From Candidatus Aenigmatarchaeota archaeon (GTDB lineage Archaea > Aenigmatarchaeota > Aenigmatarchaeia > PWEA01), in assembly GCA_046539305.1 (NCBI GenBank), contig JBKHHE010000003.1, positions 1,369 through 65,368 on the forward strand: DNA of 64,000 nt. The letters are read 5' to 3'. The position numbers were made by a program, and so were the translations under genes. Below the pieces are notes generated by a model, which had not been told where the DNA came from, searched no databases, and saw only the letters and a program-made list of their open reading frames with translations. Within the stretch, counting starts at the first letter, position 1, and each line of letters starts with the position of its first letter. This document shows, piece by piece, positions 1-9,089 of this stretch.

Positions 1-588
1 ATAATGAACTTCCCTAGCCAGGAGTTCTACGACGGTGAGCTGAAGGCGGCCGAAGGCGTCGCCGGTCACAAGCTCCAGGTTTCAGGAGAGCCGTCGGACG
101 AACTTATGGGGAAAGTTCTGAACCCAGAGAACATTGTAGTATTCCTGGACAGCAGGGGCGAGTGGCCCGAGAGGAGCAGGGAAGGGTCCACGTCCAAGGA
201 AAACAGAAAGGAGGCTGAGATGGTTGAGAAGGTGGTGAGGGAGTGTATAGACAGAGGCGTCCCTCCGGAGGAAATAGGAGTAATTTCGCCCTACGACGAT
301 CAGGTCGATCTGTTGAACAGCAAAATGGACGCAGAAGGTCTGGAAATAAAAACGGTGGACGGCTTCCAGGGAAGGGAGAAGGAGGTCATAGTTCTCTCCT
401 TCGTGCGCTCCAACGAGAACGGAGAGATAGGCTTTCTCAAGGACCTGAGAAGACTCAACGTATCGATAACCAGAGCAAGGAAAAAACTCATCATGGTCGG
501 GGATTCAGAGACGCTGGAGGAACATCCCACATACAAGAGACTTCTGAACTACGTGGAAGAAATAGGAAAGGTTTTAAAGGCCAATTAA
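1..588 (+). CDS. Superfamily-1 (Upf1/DNA2-like) helicase, C-terminal fragment; the gene starts upstream of the window
   Basis: SF1 helicase C-terminal motifs are present: 'VDGFQGREKEVIVLSFVRSN' and 'RRLNVSITRARKKLIMVGD'. The frame is open to position 1. Confidence 0.8.
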   Translation: MMNFPSQEFYDGELKAAEGVAGHKLQVSGEPSDELMGKVLNPENIVVFLDSRGEWPERSREGSTSKENRKEAEMVEKVVRECIDRGVPPEEIGVISPYDDQVDLLNSKMDAEGLEIKTVDGFQGREKEVIVLSFVRSNENGEIGFLKDLRRLNVSITRARKKLIMVGDSETLEEHPTYKRLLNYVEEIGKVLKAN

Positions 589-645
589 TCGGAACCACTG
601 GACGTTTATCAGAAAATAAAAAAGAAAAAGAGATTAGGGTTTTCC

Positions 646-1221
646 CTAAGGTGTCGGCATTTCCGGTTCTTCAACCTCTGCGTCTTCAGGCGGGACGAAG
701 AGATCGTCTCCGAGCGATGGATTCAAATCAACCTCAACCTCCATGGATTCTTCTCCGTAGTTGACATCGTGTGTTCCCTCGCCAAAGTTTTCCGCCCAAC
801 CTTCAGAGGTTGTGACCATGTCTTCCATGCTATCCTTGCCCATCGTCTCTACAATGCTTCCTGTGGCCTTTGTCCACGTTTCATCTCCTGCCTGTGTGAT
901 GTACATTGCACTTTCGTCGCTATTGTAAATAACTACATAGTCTTCGTCTGGGTCTGCTGATTCTATTCGCCAGTCGTAGTCTTCTGTGTCCATGTTTCTG
1001 GCCCTGATTCTAACTCCACCGTCAAACTCTTCCCCCTCGTAACCTATCCACTCTGCATCGATGCTTGAGATCTCTGTAGGGACGTCTTCTCCGCCGTTTA
1101 CTTCACCACCGTTCGTTTCCTCTCCGTTTCCGTCTGGTGCTCCGTTGCCTGTACAGCCTGCAACGATGGCCACTGCGAAGATTACTAAAACAGGAACAAC
1201 AGCCCGTGATTTATTTTTCAA
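646..1221 (-). CDS. Acidic secreted lipoprotein, function unknown
   Basis: N-terminal signal peptide with a lipobox-like 'AIVAGC'. The mature part is very D/E-rich. I recognise no family. Confidence 0.55.
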   Translation of the reverse strand: MKNKSRAVVPVLVIFAVAIVAGCTGNGAPDGNGEETNGGEVNGGEDVPTEISSIDAEWIGYEGEEFDGGVRIRARNMDTEDYDWRIESADPDEDYVVIYNSDESAMYITQAGDETWTKATGSIVETMGKDSMEDMVTTSEGWAENFGEGTHDVNYGEESMEVEVDLNPSLGDDLFVPPEDAEVEEPEMPTP

Positions 1222-1278
1222 GTTTTCTCACCTCCCAATTCGAGTATTTTTAATACCTGACATTATAAACTTTCCGCC

Positions 1279-2319
1279 TTATTTTATTAGGGTACTCGGC
1301 CTGTCCATGTGAGCCCCACCGGACATCTTCTCTCCGAGCCACAGGAACGGCGCCCTGAGGAAGAACGGGAGCTTGTACGTCTTCCTTATTTTGTCCCCAA
1401 GTTTTATCTCCTTGCCAAGCTCTTCTCTCCACCTCTTCTCGTATTTTTCTACCGTACTCGCGTCTTCCGGGTCTATGGTCTCTGCGGCTATCTCCGCCGC
1501 CGTAAGTCCATAGATTACTCCGCCCCCGGAGAACGGTTTTACCTGTCCCGCTGCGTCGCCACAGAGGAACAGCCTTTCCTCTGTAACCTTTTTTGGAGGT
1601 AGGATTGGAACAAGCCCTGAGTATATACCGCCGATTTTAAAGCCCTCTTCTTCGGAGAACTCTTCCAAAAGGCTCCTGGAGTCGTTTCCCAGCTCCGTGC
1701 AGAGTCCGTACTCCGTTTTTCCCTTCCTTGGCACCTTCCAGCCGAAGAAGTCATCACTGGCGCCCAGAAAGACCTCGACGAAACTTTGTTCTGCTGGTTC
1801 ATCTACCAGGGTAAAAATCCCCTGAAGAAAGAGCCCGGGCCTTTCCAGCCCTGCAGCTAGCCTCACGTCCGAGAGAGGTCCGTCGCAGCCGGCTAGCATC
1901 CTGGTTTCATAAGTTCCTTCGTAGGTTTTTATTTCAAGGTTCGATCCCTTGTTTTCGTAGTCCAGGAACTTTTCATAACGTAGATCGACGCCGGCTTCCT
2001 CCGCTCTCTTGGCCATGAATACATCGAACTTCGGTCTGTTTATCACGTAAGAAGTATGGTGGTCTCTTCCGAAGGAAAAAGAAGAGCCGTTGTTGTGCAC
2101 CACGGCACCGTGGATCTCCCTCTCCACAAAGCTTTCATCCTTCGGGACGTGTTCGAACAGGTCCGTGGATATATGGCCCGTTCCCTTCAAAGGTTTTCCT
2201 ACTTCGCCTTTCTCAAGCAGCAGGACGTCCCGTCCCTTCTCCGCGAACTCCCTGGCCAGGTGTGAGCCCACGGGACCGGCGCCCACGACGACAAGGTCGT
2301 ACATAGGGAAACATTCCAC
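1279..2319 (-). CDS. Geranylgeranyl reductase family FAD-dependent oxidoreductase (archaeal lipid saturation)
   Basis: Rossmann FAD motif 'DLVVVGAGPVGSHLAREFAEKGRDVLLLEK'. Length and the C-terminal 'LCGDAAGQVKPFSGGG' are typical of GGR. The start may be the second Met at 2304. Confidence 0.8.
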   Translation of the reverse strand: MECFPMYDLVVVGAGPVGSHLAREFAEKGRDVLLLEKGEVGKPLKGTGHISTDLFEHVPKDESFVEREIHGAVVHNNGSSFSFGRDHHTSYVINRPKFDVFMAKRAEEAGVDLRYEKFLDYENKGSNLEIKTYEGTYETRMLAGCDGPLSDVRLAAGLERPGLFLQGIFTLVDEPAEQSFVEVFLGASDDFFGWKVPRKGKTEYGLCTELGNDSRSLLEEFSEEEGFKIGGIYSGLVPILPPKKVTEERLFLCGDAAGQVKPFSGGGVIYGLTAAEIAAETIDPEDASTVEKYEKRWREELGKEIKLGDKIRKTYKLPFFLRAPFLWLGEKMSGGAHMDRPSTLIK

Positions 2320-2434
2320 CTGAAAGAATTTAAGACTGTTGCCTGAATCTTTAGGAATTGATAATAGAAGGGGACATAAGGTAAGTATTTATATGGTCAA
2401 ACACAAAGTCCTAAGAGTGTTGTGGGGCGTTTAA

Positions 2435-3016
2435 ATGGCTGAAAATCCACTAAAAGACAATAATTTTCTAGGATTCAGGCGTACCCTTCTTTTACTCCTT
2501 CCTCTTGTCCTCTTAGTTGTTATGTCGACGGGAGTGGCCGCGGAAAGCGGTTACAACGTAACGTTGAACGTTACACATAACGATACCGGAGATCCCATTG
2601 AAAACGCAACGGTACTTCTAGTTCAGGAGGAAGAAGGAGAACCGAACTTCCAGTTTAACAACACTACCTCGGAAGGTCTTGCCTCTTTTTCTGGACAGTC
2701 TGAAGGGAACTATACGTATCAGGCAAATAAACTGGGCTTCAGTGACGTGTTCAACAAGACAGAACTCACCGGCAACCTTACCCTGAACATCAGCCTGGCA
2801 AGAGCAAACCACAACATAACCTTTAATGTCACAAAGGAGGACGGAAGTCCGGCTGAAGGAGCGATGATGATGCTGACCGAGGAGGAAGGCAACGGTGACC
2901 CCGACCTGGGTGTGGATACTTCTGGTTCTGGTGGCTGTAGTAGTGGCGGTGAGTGCGACAGTGTACTACTTCCGCGAAAGGGAGCAGTTATAGACCCGGC
3001 CTTACTATTTCTTTAA
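2435..3016 (+). CDS. Signal-peptide surface protein with dense N-glycosylation sequons; the 3' end appears frameshifted
   Basis: Hydrophobic N-terminus 'LLLLLPLVLLVVMSTGVAA'. About 11 N-x-S/T sequons occur in roughly 130 aa. A perfect C-terminal TM anchor is encoded in the +1 frame (see finding). Confidence 0.6.
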   Translation: MAENPLKDNNFLGFRRTLLLLLPLVLLVVMSTGVAAESGYNVTLNVTHNDTGDPIENATVLLVQEEEGEPNFQFNNTTSEGLASFSGQSEGNYTYQANKLGFSDVFNKTELTGNLTLNISLARANHNITFNVTKEDGSPAEGAMMMLTEEEGNGDPDLGVDTSGSGGCSSGGECDSVLLPRKGAVIDPALLFL

Positions 3017-3063
3017 TCCAAATTACTTAACTTTTAAAGCGTTGGGAGATAAAAGAGGTTAGT

Positions 3064-3960
3064 ATGTTTGAGGGCACAATAAAGAGACTGCAGGACTGGT
3101 ACAGTAGCGCGGACAAGAGGATGCTTTTCTCCGTATCCCTGGTCCTCCTTATAGCTTCCTGTGGATTCCTCTACTATAATATGGGAAGGACAAGGGGAGC
3201 AAAGGAGGAGGGTGAGTGGTTTCTGAAAGGTCTGACCCTCCGCGGGGGAAACCAGCTGACTGCGGAGATACCCGTGGACCTTGAAGTGGATGTGAGGAAG
3301 GTGGAGGATTTGTTCGCGGAGGAAGGTATAGAATCGAGAGTAAGGGCGGCGAGGTCCGCAACTGAGAGAAGGGTGGAGGTGAGGACGGGCACCGATACGA
3401 CGGAGGAAAAGATCCTTGAGGTTCTGGGGAAGGAAGGGATAGAGGTTAAAGACCACAGCTTCAATACCGTGGATCCTGCCCTGGCAGAAGGGTTTTGGGA
3501 GCAGTCGCGCCTGGCCCTTATAGCGGCATTCTTCTTCATGGGGATCGTTGTGCTGTTCGTCTTCAGAGACTTCGTTCCGTTCGTGGCTATACTTTACGCG
3601 GTGACCATGGACATGATAGTGGTAATCACAATGATGCAGGTATTCCAGATTCCACTTACTCTCGCGTCCTTTGCGGGACTGCTACTGGTGATCGGTTACT
3701 CCGTGGACTCCGACGTGGTCCTGGTGACGCGCATACTCAAGAGAAGAGAGGGCACCGTCACCGAGAGGGCTTTCTCGGCGATGAAGACCAACATGGCGAT
3801 GATGCTTACCACACTTTCGGCCCTCGTAGTTCTATACCTCACCACAACTGCGAAGGCCCTCAGGGAAATAGCTGCCGTTCTGATTATAGCCCTGCTGATA
3901 GACTTCGTGTCGACGTGGTTCGGCAACGCTTCCGTAATAAGATGGTGGGTGGAAAGATGA
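3064..3960 (+). CDS. secF: Protein-export membrane protein SecF
   Basis: One N-terminal TM, a periplasmic-type domain and a C-terminal 5-6 TM SecD/F block ('LLLVIGYSVDSDVVL'). It lies directly upstream of secD with an ATGA overlap. Confidence 0.85.
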   Translation: MFEGTIKRLQDWYSSADKRMLFSVSLVLLIASCGFLYYNMGRTRGAKEEGEWFLKGLTLRGGNQLTAEIPVDLEVDVRKVEDLFAEEGIESRVRAARSATERRVEVRTGTDTTEEKILEVLGKEGIEVKDHSFNTVDPALAEGFWEQSRLALIAAFFFMGIVVLFVFRDFVPFVAILYAVTMDMIVVITMMQVFQIPLTLASFAGLLLVIGYSVDSDVVLVTRILKRREGTVTERAFSAMKTNMAMMLTTLSALVVLYLTTTAKALREIAAVLIIALLIDFVSTWFGNASVIRWWVER

Positions 3961-5693
3961 TTGAAACTGTAAAGAACCTGCTGGACGAGTGGAGAATCTG
4001 GGTGCTGATCGTAGCTGTCGCCCTCTCCCTTGTCGCTTTTTTCCATAACCCCTTCGCCGAGGGAGCGGTGATTCAAAATATAGAGGATGGTTCACCCTTC
4101 AGTGGGAAGGTCCGTGGGGGCGACAGGTTAGTAAGTATAAACGGGGAGTCTATAAAGTCACCGCAGGACCTCATGGAGTTCGATAACTATGAGGGAACGA
4201 TGAACGTGCAGACCGCGGACGAGGGTCTGGTTATAATACAGTCGGACGGCGAAGGTCTCGGGATAGATGTGGAGGAGACCAGGCTCATAGACCTCAACTT
4301 CGGTATAGACCTCGTGGGAGGCACACGCGTCCTTCTTGAGCCACAGTTTGGTGAGGAGCACGCGGATTTGAACCGGACGGAAAGGGACAGACTCCTGGAT
4401 GAAACTATAACCACCCTCGAGACCAGGCTGAACGTCTTCGGGCTTGAGGAGATGGAGTTTGAAAAGTTGGGTGGTGGGGGCGGCGAATACATCCAGATAG
4501 AGGCCGCCGGCGTCGGAAGAGACGTTGTACGTGAGCTTCTCGAGCGGGCGGGAAAGTTCGAGGCCTACATACCGAGGGTAATGAACTTCCGGAAAAACGA
4601 GACAAGGGATGTTACGATTGACGGCGAGACCTACAGTTTCGGGCGTACGGAGGAAGGTTACACGTATGATGGCGAACTTCTCAAGGTCAACGATACGGTC
4701 CAGCTGGGCGATATAACCTTCGAAGTGTGGAACTTCACCGAGACGAGGGATCACGTCTACGAGGAAACGAACGACGAGGGATCTGTGGCGGACGCGTGGG
4801 ACCATCCCGACGACAGCCTCGCCCTGGGAGGAAAGATATACGATTCCGAGGACATAAAACTCGTGTACAAGACCGGATCCGACGCACGGGTCGATCAGCC
4901 AAATGAAGATCTCTATAGATTCCGTTTCAGAGTTCGTATATCGGAGAGAGGCGCCAAGAGGTTTGCCTCCCTCACCCAAGATCAAGACAACCCGATAATA
5001 CACCTTTTCCTGGATCGGGAGCCGGTCACGCAGCTGACAATAGACGACACCCTGACAGGAGAAGAAAATCAGGAGCCCGTAATAACCGGGACCAGGAGTA
5101 CAGAGGAGGACGCCCAAGAGGAGATGAGCAGGTTGCAGTCGGTCCTGGACAGCGGCGAGCTTCCCGTTGAGGTCAAGCGGGTTCAGATGGACCTGATAAG
5201 CCCCAGACTGGGGGAGGAGATGCTGCGCTCGTCCTTGCTGGCGGGTCTGGGGGCCCTGATAGCTGTAGCGGCTTTGGTCTCTATCATATACCGGAAAAAG
5301 AAGATAGTGGTGCCAGTCCTCATAACATCCTTCTCCGAAGTTACTATGATACTCGGGGTCGCGTCCCTAATCGGCTGGACCATAGACCTTGCAGCCATAG
5401 GCGGAATAATCGCCGCCATAGGTTCTTCCGTGGACGATCAGATAGTTATAACCTCGGAGACTCTGAGGGAGGAGGATAGAGAGAAAAGCAAGTATTCGAT
5501 GAAAAGGAGGATAAAGCGGGCTTTCTTCATAGTTTTCACGGCTGCAGCGACCACCATAATGGCCATGACTGTGCTGGGCCTCGTAGGTATAGGGATGATG
5601 AAAGGTTTCGCGATAACCACGATAATAGGCGTCCTCGTCGGAGTCCTGATATCGAGGCCCGCCTACGGGAAGATACTGGAAGAAGTTCTATGA
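3957..5693 (+). CDS. secD: Protein-export membrane protein SecD
   Basis: The start was chosen at the ATG overlapping the secF stop ('MIETVKNLLDEWRIWVLIVAVAL'). The C-terminal SecD/F TM block contains 'AIGSSVDDQIVI'. The track ORF 3495-5693 carries a spurious basic N-terminal extension. Confidence 0.85.
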   Translation: MIETVKNLLDEWRIWVLIVAVALSLVAFFHNPFAEGAVIQNIEDGSPFSGKVRGGDRLVSINGESIKSPQDLMEFDNYEGTMNVQTADEGLVIIQSDGEGLGIDVEETRLIDLNFGIDLVGGTRVLLEPQFGEEHADLNRTERDRLLDETITTLETRLNVFGLEEMEFEKLGGGGGEYIQIEAAGVGRDVVRELLERAGKFEAYIPRVMNFRKNETRDVTIDGETYSFGRTEEGYTYDGELLKVNDTVQLGDITFEVWNFTETRDHVYEETNDEGSVADAWDHPDDSLALGGKIYDSEDIKLVYKTGSDARVDQPNEDLYRFRFRVRISERGAKRFASLTQDQDNPIIHLFLDREPVTQLTIDDTLTGEENQEPVITGTRSTEEDAQEEMSRLQSVLDSGELPVEVKRVQMDLISPRLGEEMLRSSLLAGLGALIAVAALVSIIYRKKKIVVPVLITSFSEVTMILGVASLIGWTIDLAAIGGIIAAIGSSVDDQIVITSETLREEDREKSKYSMKRRIKRAFFIVFTAAATTIMAMTVLGLVGIGMMKGFAITTIIGVLVGVLISRPAYGKILEEVL

Positions 5694-5745
5694 TCTCTCA
5701 GGCCAGCTTCTAAATTTTTATATCAACCCCACCAATTAATACCTT

Positions 5746-6675
5746 ATGAAGGGGGAGATATTGGTCACGGGGGGCGCAGGTTTTATAGGATCAAATCTGG
5801 TTGAAAACCTTGTCAAAGAAGGTCATGAAGTCACAGTTCTCGACAACCTTCACACAGGCTCAGTGGATAACCTTAAGGGTGTAGAGGAGAACGTAGATTT
5901 TTACGAGGGTCCCGTCGCCGATATATTTTCCTTGGAATGTGACCCCGGCAAGATATTTCACTTCGGTATACCCTCGAGCTCGCCGATGTACAAGGAGGAC
6001 CACATTTTGGTGGGACAGGCCATAAACGACTTTATCCGCGTCTTGGACTTCGCAAAAAAGAACGACTCTGACCTAGTCTTCGCATCTACGTCTTCTATGT
6101 ACGGCCCGAAGGAGCCTCCCCACAGAGAAAACATGGAATTCGAACCGTTTGACTACTACACTGAGGCGAGGCTTGAAATGGAAAGGCTGGCAGAGATGTA
6201 CAACAGTTTGTACGGGGTAAACTCGGTTGGTATGAGGTTCTTCTCCGTTTACGGGCCCAAGGAGAAGGCCAAGGAAAACTACGCAAATGTTATCTCTCAG
6301 TTCTGCTGGAGTATACTGCAGGATGAAAGACCCGTAATATACGGCGACGGAAGCCAGACAAGGGATTTTGTTTACGTTGAGGACGTCGTTGAGGCCGTCC
6401 TTCGCGCGGCCAGAAGGGCCGAATCCATTGGATATGAGGCAGTTAACGTGGGCAGGGGTGTGGAAACGTCTTTCAATGAAGTCGTCGAGATGCTTAACTC
6501 CACACTTGGAAAAAATATAGATCCCAAGCACATCGAGAACCCGATAGACAACTACGTCGAAAGAACCAAAGCCGACACAAGCAAGGCGGAGGAACTTCTA
6601 GATTTTGAACACAAGGTCCCAGTCGAAGAGGGCATAAATAAGACGGCTGAGCATTACCAGAAAGTTATGGATTAA
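5746..6675 (+). CDS. NAD-dependent sugar-nucleotide epimerase/dehydratase (SDR family)
   Basis: 'VTGGAGFIGSNLV' Rossmann motif and the catalytic 'YxxxK'-type region 'YTEARLEMERL'. About 310 aa, typical of GalE-like enzymes. Confidence 0.85.
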   Translation: MKGEILVTGGAGFIGSNLVENLVKEGHEVTVLDNLHTGSVDNLKGVEENVDFYEGPVADIFSLECDPGKIFHFGIPSSSPMYKEDHILVGQAINDFIRVLDFAKKNDSDLVFASTSSMYGPKEPPHRENMEFEPFDYYTEARLEMERLAEMYNSLYGVNSVGMRFFSVYGPKEKAKENYANVISQFCWSILQDERPVIYGDGSQTRDFVYVEDVVEAVLRAARRAESIGYEAVNVGRGVETSFNEVVEMLNSTLGKNIDPKHIENPIDNYVERTKADTSKAEELLDFEHKVPVEEGINKTAEHYQKVMD

Positions 6676-6680
6676 ATTTT

Positions 6681-9041
6681 TCATAGAAATTCAGTTATTA
6701 CTGGAAGGCTATCCCAGATCTCCTCCAGAGGTGTTTCTCTCTCAAATACTTGTCCTGTTATCTCTTCCTTGGTGCTGCTTCCTGCCTCTTGCCCCTTCAA
6801 TTCAGAAGTCCGGTTATTTTCATTCTGTACAAAAATTTCCCGGGTGAAATCCTTTCTCCCTTCCTCATTTTCAACTCTCACTCTGAATGAATAGTTTCCA
6901 GACTCAACGTCCTTCTGAATTCTGTTTACGAATTCTATGGATTTTTTCTCGTTTCCTTGGACCTCGACGAACTCTTCATTTCCCGTCCACCCACCCTCGT
7001 TGAGGACACTCCTGTTTTTGTAGACGTAGGACCTCACCGTGAAGTTAACAGGTTCATCACGCTCGTTCCAAATCAAGAAAAGCGACTTGAGCCTTCCTCC
7101 TGCCTTCACCTCTTCATCGTATTCGAAGAGCTCGAACCTCTCACCAACCCTTTCTTCCTCGGTCTCACCTTCGACTTCTTCATCTCCGCCTCCTTCAACA
7201 ACTTCGATTGTTTGAGTCAAGTCTTCTTCATCCCCCGCCCTTATTCGAAAGCTGTAGTTGCCTGCTTCTACCTCCTCCTTCAGAGTATTTTGGAAGGAGA
7301 GGACTTCCAGCCCTTCTTCATCTACCGTCGCTTCCTTTTCGTCGCCCGTCCACCCACCTTCATTCACAGGCGTGCTTCCATTATAGATGTAGGATCTGGC
7401 TGTGAATTTATTTTCCTCGCCACGGTTCCAGATAAGGAGCTCTGATTCTACATCTTCTCCTGGACGGACCTCTTCATCATATCCGACGAGTTCAAATTTA
7501 GTTCCTTTCTTCTCTCCATCCTTCTCGTCTTCCTCCTCGTCCCCACAGGCCGGCTTTCCCAGACTCCACCCTCCATCCTCAGGAGGAACTACGTAGGCCT
7601 TTCCCTCCTCGATGATATCCTTTACTCTTCCCTTGTCCAGTCCTTCGACCTCCGTTAGCTGGGACAGCGCTTTGAAATCATCACAGTTTTCTTTAATCCA
7701 CTCCGCTCTTTCCTCCCCGATATGTTTTATCTCCGTCAGCTCCTCCACACCGGCCTCGTTTATGTTTATCCTTTCTGTTTCGTCCTCGTTTTCCCTACCT
7801 TCCTCCTCATCCCCTTCTCCACCGTCATCCTCATCCTCCTTTCCACCCTTAACCACTAGAAGTTCTTTGACGTAGTGATTTTCTTCGTTTGAATCATTGC
7901 AGTATGTTTCTGTTAACTCCGCCCTTACCCAGAAGACCTCCCGTCCGGAGTCTATATTCGGAGTCCATTGCCTGTCAAGCTTGCAGTCGGAGTAATTTCC
8001 TGAGTGCTCATAGTCAACTTCTCCTTCCAGGTCCTCCATCCAGTAGTGTAATTCGTAGAGGTCTTCGTCGCCGACGCAGGCCTCTCCCTCAGAGTCATTT
8101 ACAACTATCTCGTATTCCAGAGTCTCGCCGTCCTCTAGGACATGTTCAACACCGGCCAGTTCCACGGAAAGATTGCATTCAGGGACTCCGTCTCCATTTC
8201 CTTCTTTCTCCTCAAGAACTACCTTTTCTTCTACATCACCGTCAATTATCTCTACTTCACCCTCAACGGTTTCGTAACCGTCTTTACTAATTTCGTAGTT
8301 ATACTCACCTGGCTCCAGGTCTTCAAAGGTAACTTTACCGTTTTTACCAGTTTTCTTTTCTCCAATGTTTTCTAGAATTACTGAGACACCCTCCAAAGCT
8401 CCATTGTCATCGCACTCGGTTACTATATTCAAGTTATATGTTTCCTCAATAGACTCTAATTCGTGCACAAACATGTCATCCCAGTAGATATGAGTACCGT
8501 CCTCGCCTTCATACTTGGATTCAACCTTTAACTGAACATACTCAGCTTCTTGGGGCGCTGTTTTATTGACTTTGTGTTCTTCCCATTCTTCAAGAACAGT
8601 GAAATCACGAAAGTTTTCAGTCGTATTAATTTCCTTTTTACTTTCATTGAGCCAAATGACCCTTAAAACTCTTCTAAAGCTTTCTGCAGGATCTTCTTCA
8701 TTCTTTCTTAAACTTGACCAACCGCCAAATTCATACTCTTCACCACCTTTGATCCCCACTGGATCGGATATAAAATACCGGCCGTATCTGCCTGTTATTC
8801 CGACTTGTTTAATTGACCAACTGCCGTTTCGTCTCCGTTCGTTTACACGTGTAGCTGCCACGTTTTCCGATTCGTTGAGAGGATTTGTGTCGTCCTGCTC
8901 CCATAAGGATGCATTTTCCTCATCACCGTCTTCAAAACCAGGATTGAGGAGAAGGTTTTCCGGTTCTGAATCGGCCTCCGCCGGAGAAGAGATGCAAATA
9001 AGCACAGCTACAAAGATTGCCGCTACCACACCCCTCTTCAT
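6681..9041 (-). CDS. Large acidic secreted multidomain protein: CBM4/9-like jelly roll, CarboxypepD_reg-like domain, Cys-containing domain, ComEA-type HhH domain and 2 tandem ~105-aa repeats
   Basis: Signal peptide 'MKRGVVAAIFVAVLICISSPAEA'. 'NLLLNPGFEDG...' resembles a CBM_4_9 N-terminus. 'ININEAGVEELTEIKHIGEERAEWI...VEGLDKGRVKDI' resembles ComEA HHH_3. Two clearly homologous C-terminal repeats are present. Confidence 0.7.
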   Translation of the reverse strand: MKRGVVAAIFVAVLICISSPAEADSEPENLLLNPGFEDGDEENASLWEQDDTNPLNESENVAATRVNERRRNGSWSIKQVGITGRYGRYFISDPVGIKGGEEYEFGGWSSLRKNEEDPAESFRRVLRVIWLNESKKEINTTENFRDFTVLEEWEEHKVNKTAPQEAEYVQLKVESKYEGEDGTHIYWDDMFVHELESIEETYNLNIVTECDDNGALEGVSVILENIGEKKTGKNGKVTFEDLEPGEYNYEISKDGYETVEGEVEIIDGDVEEKVVLEEKEGNGDGVPECNLSVELAGVEHVLEDGETLEYEIVVNDSEGEACVGDEDLYELHYWMEDLEGEVDYEHSGNYSDCKLDRQWTPNIDSGREVFWVRAELTETYCNDSNEENHYVKELLVVKGGKEDEDDGGEGDEEEGRENEDETERININEAGVEELTEIKHIGEERAEWIKENCDDFKALSQLTEVEGLDKGRVKDIIEEGKAYVVPPEDGGWSLGKPACGDEEEDEKDGEKKGTKFELVGYDEEVRPGEDVESELLIWNRGEENKFTARSYIYNGSTPVNEGGWTGDEKEATVDEEGLEVLSFQNTLKEEVEAGNYSFRIRAGDEEDLTQTIEVVEGGGDEEVEGETEEERVGERFELFEYDEEVKAGGRLKSLFLIWNERDEPVNFTVRSYVYKNRSVLNEGGWTGNEEFVEVQGNEKKSIEFVNRIQKDVESGNYSFRVRVENEEGRKDFTREIFVQNENNRTSELKGQEAGSSTKEEITGQVFERETPLEEIWDSLPVITEFL
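6822..7496 (-). repeat. Tandem duplication of a ~105-aa domain inside the 786-aa secreted protein (repeat 1 at 7191-7496, repeat 2 at 6822-7136)
   Basis: 'FELVGYDEEV..LLIWNRGEE..F.ARSYIYNGS..VNEGGWTGDE...GNYSFRIR' aligns with 'FELFEYDEEV..FLIWNERDE..FTVRSYVYKNRSVLNEGGWTGNE...GNYSFRVR'. Confidence 0.75.
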
Positions 9042-9089
9042 GGGTTTAGTTGGGTTGCCAAGAAATTTAAAATTTGGATTCGGGACGCT

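Noticed and set aside
3495-3956. N-terminal extensions offered by the ORF track for secD (3495), ftsY (22380) and aIF2-gamma (49961), and to a lesser degree for glmS, the NTPase, acylphosphatase, nrdR and spt4.
   Set aside because: The extensions overlap the preceding gene in another frame. They translate to basic or low-complexity sequence unlike the family N-termini, and each has an internal start that reproduces the canonical N-terminus.
4366-4380. A GGATTTGAACCGG string (reverse complement CCGGTTCAAATCC), which looks like a tRNA T-arm, inside secD.
   Set aside because: The flanking bases do not form a 5-bp T-stem, acceptor stem or anticodon arm. It lies within a clearly coding region, so it is a chance match.
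4158-5117. Long antisense ORFs inside well-supported genes. Examples are 4158-5117(-) in secD, 18354-19346(-) in the ATPase, 47924-48763(-) in aIF5B, 8566-9453(+) and several S/P-rich ORFs opposite the 786-aa gene, 29414-30088(+) opposite the NTPase, and 25399-25860(-) opposite tyrS.
   Set aside because: Their translations are low-complexity (S/P/L/R/F-rich) with no recognisable motifs. In each case the opposite strand encodes a protein with unambiguous family signatures. These are the typical shadow ORFs of GAR/GAA-rich coding sequence.
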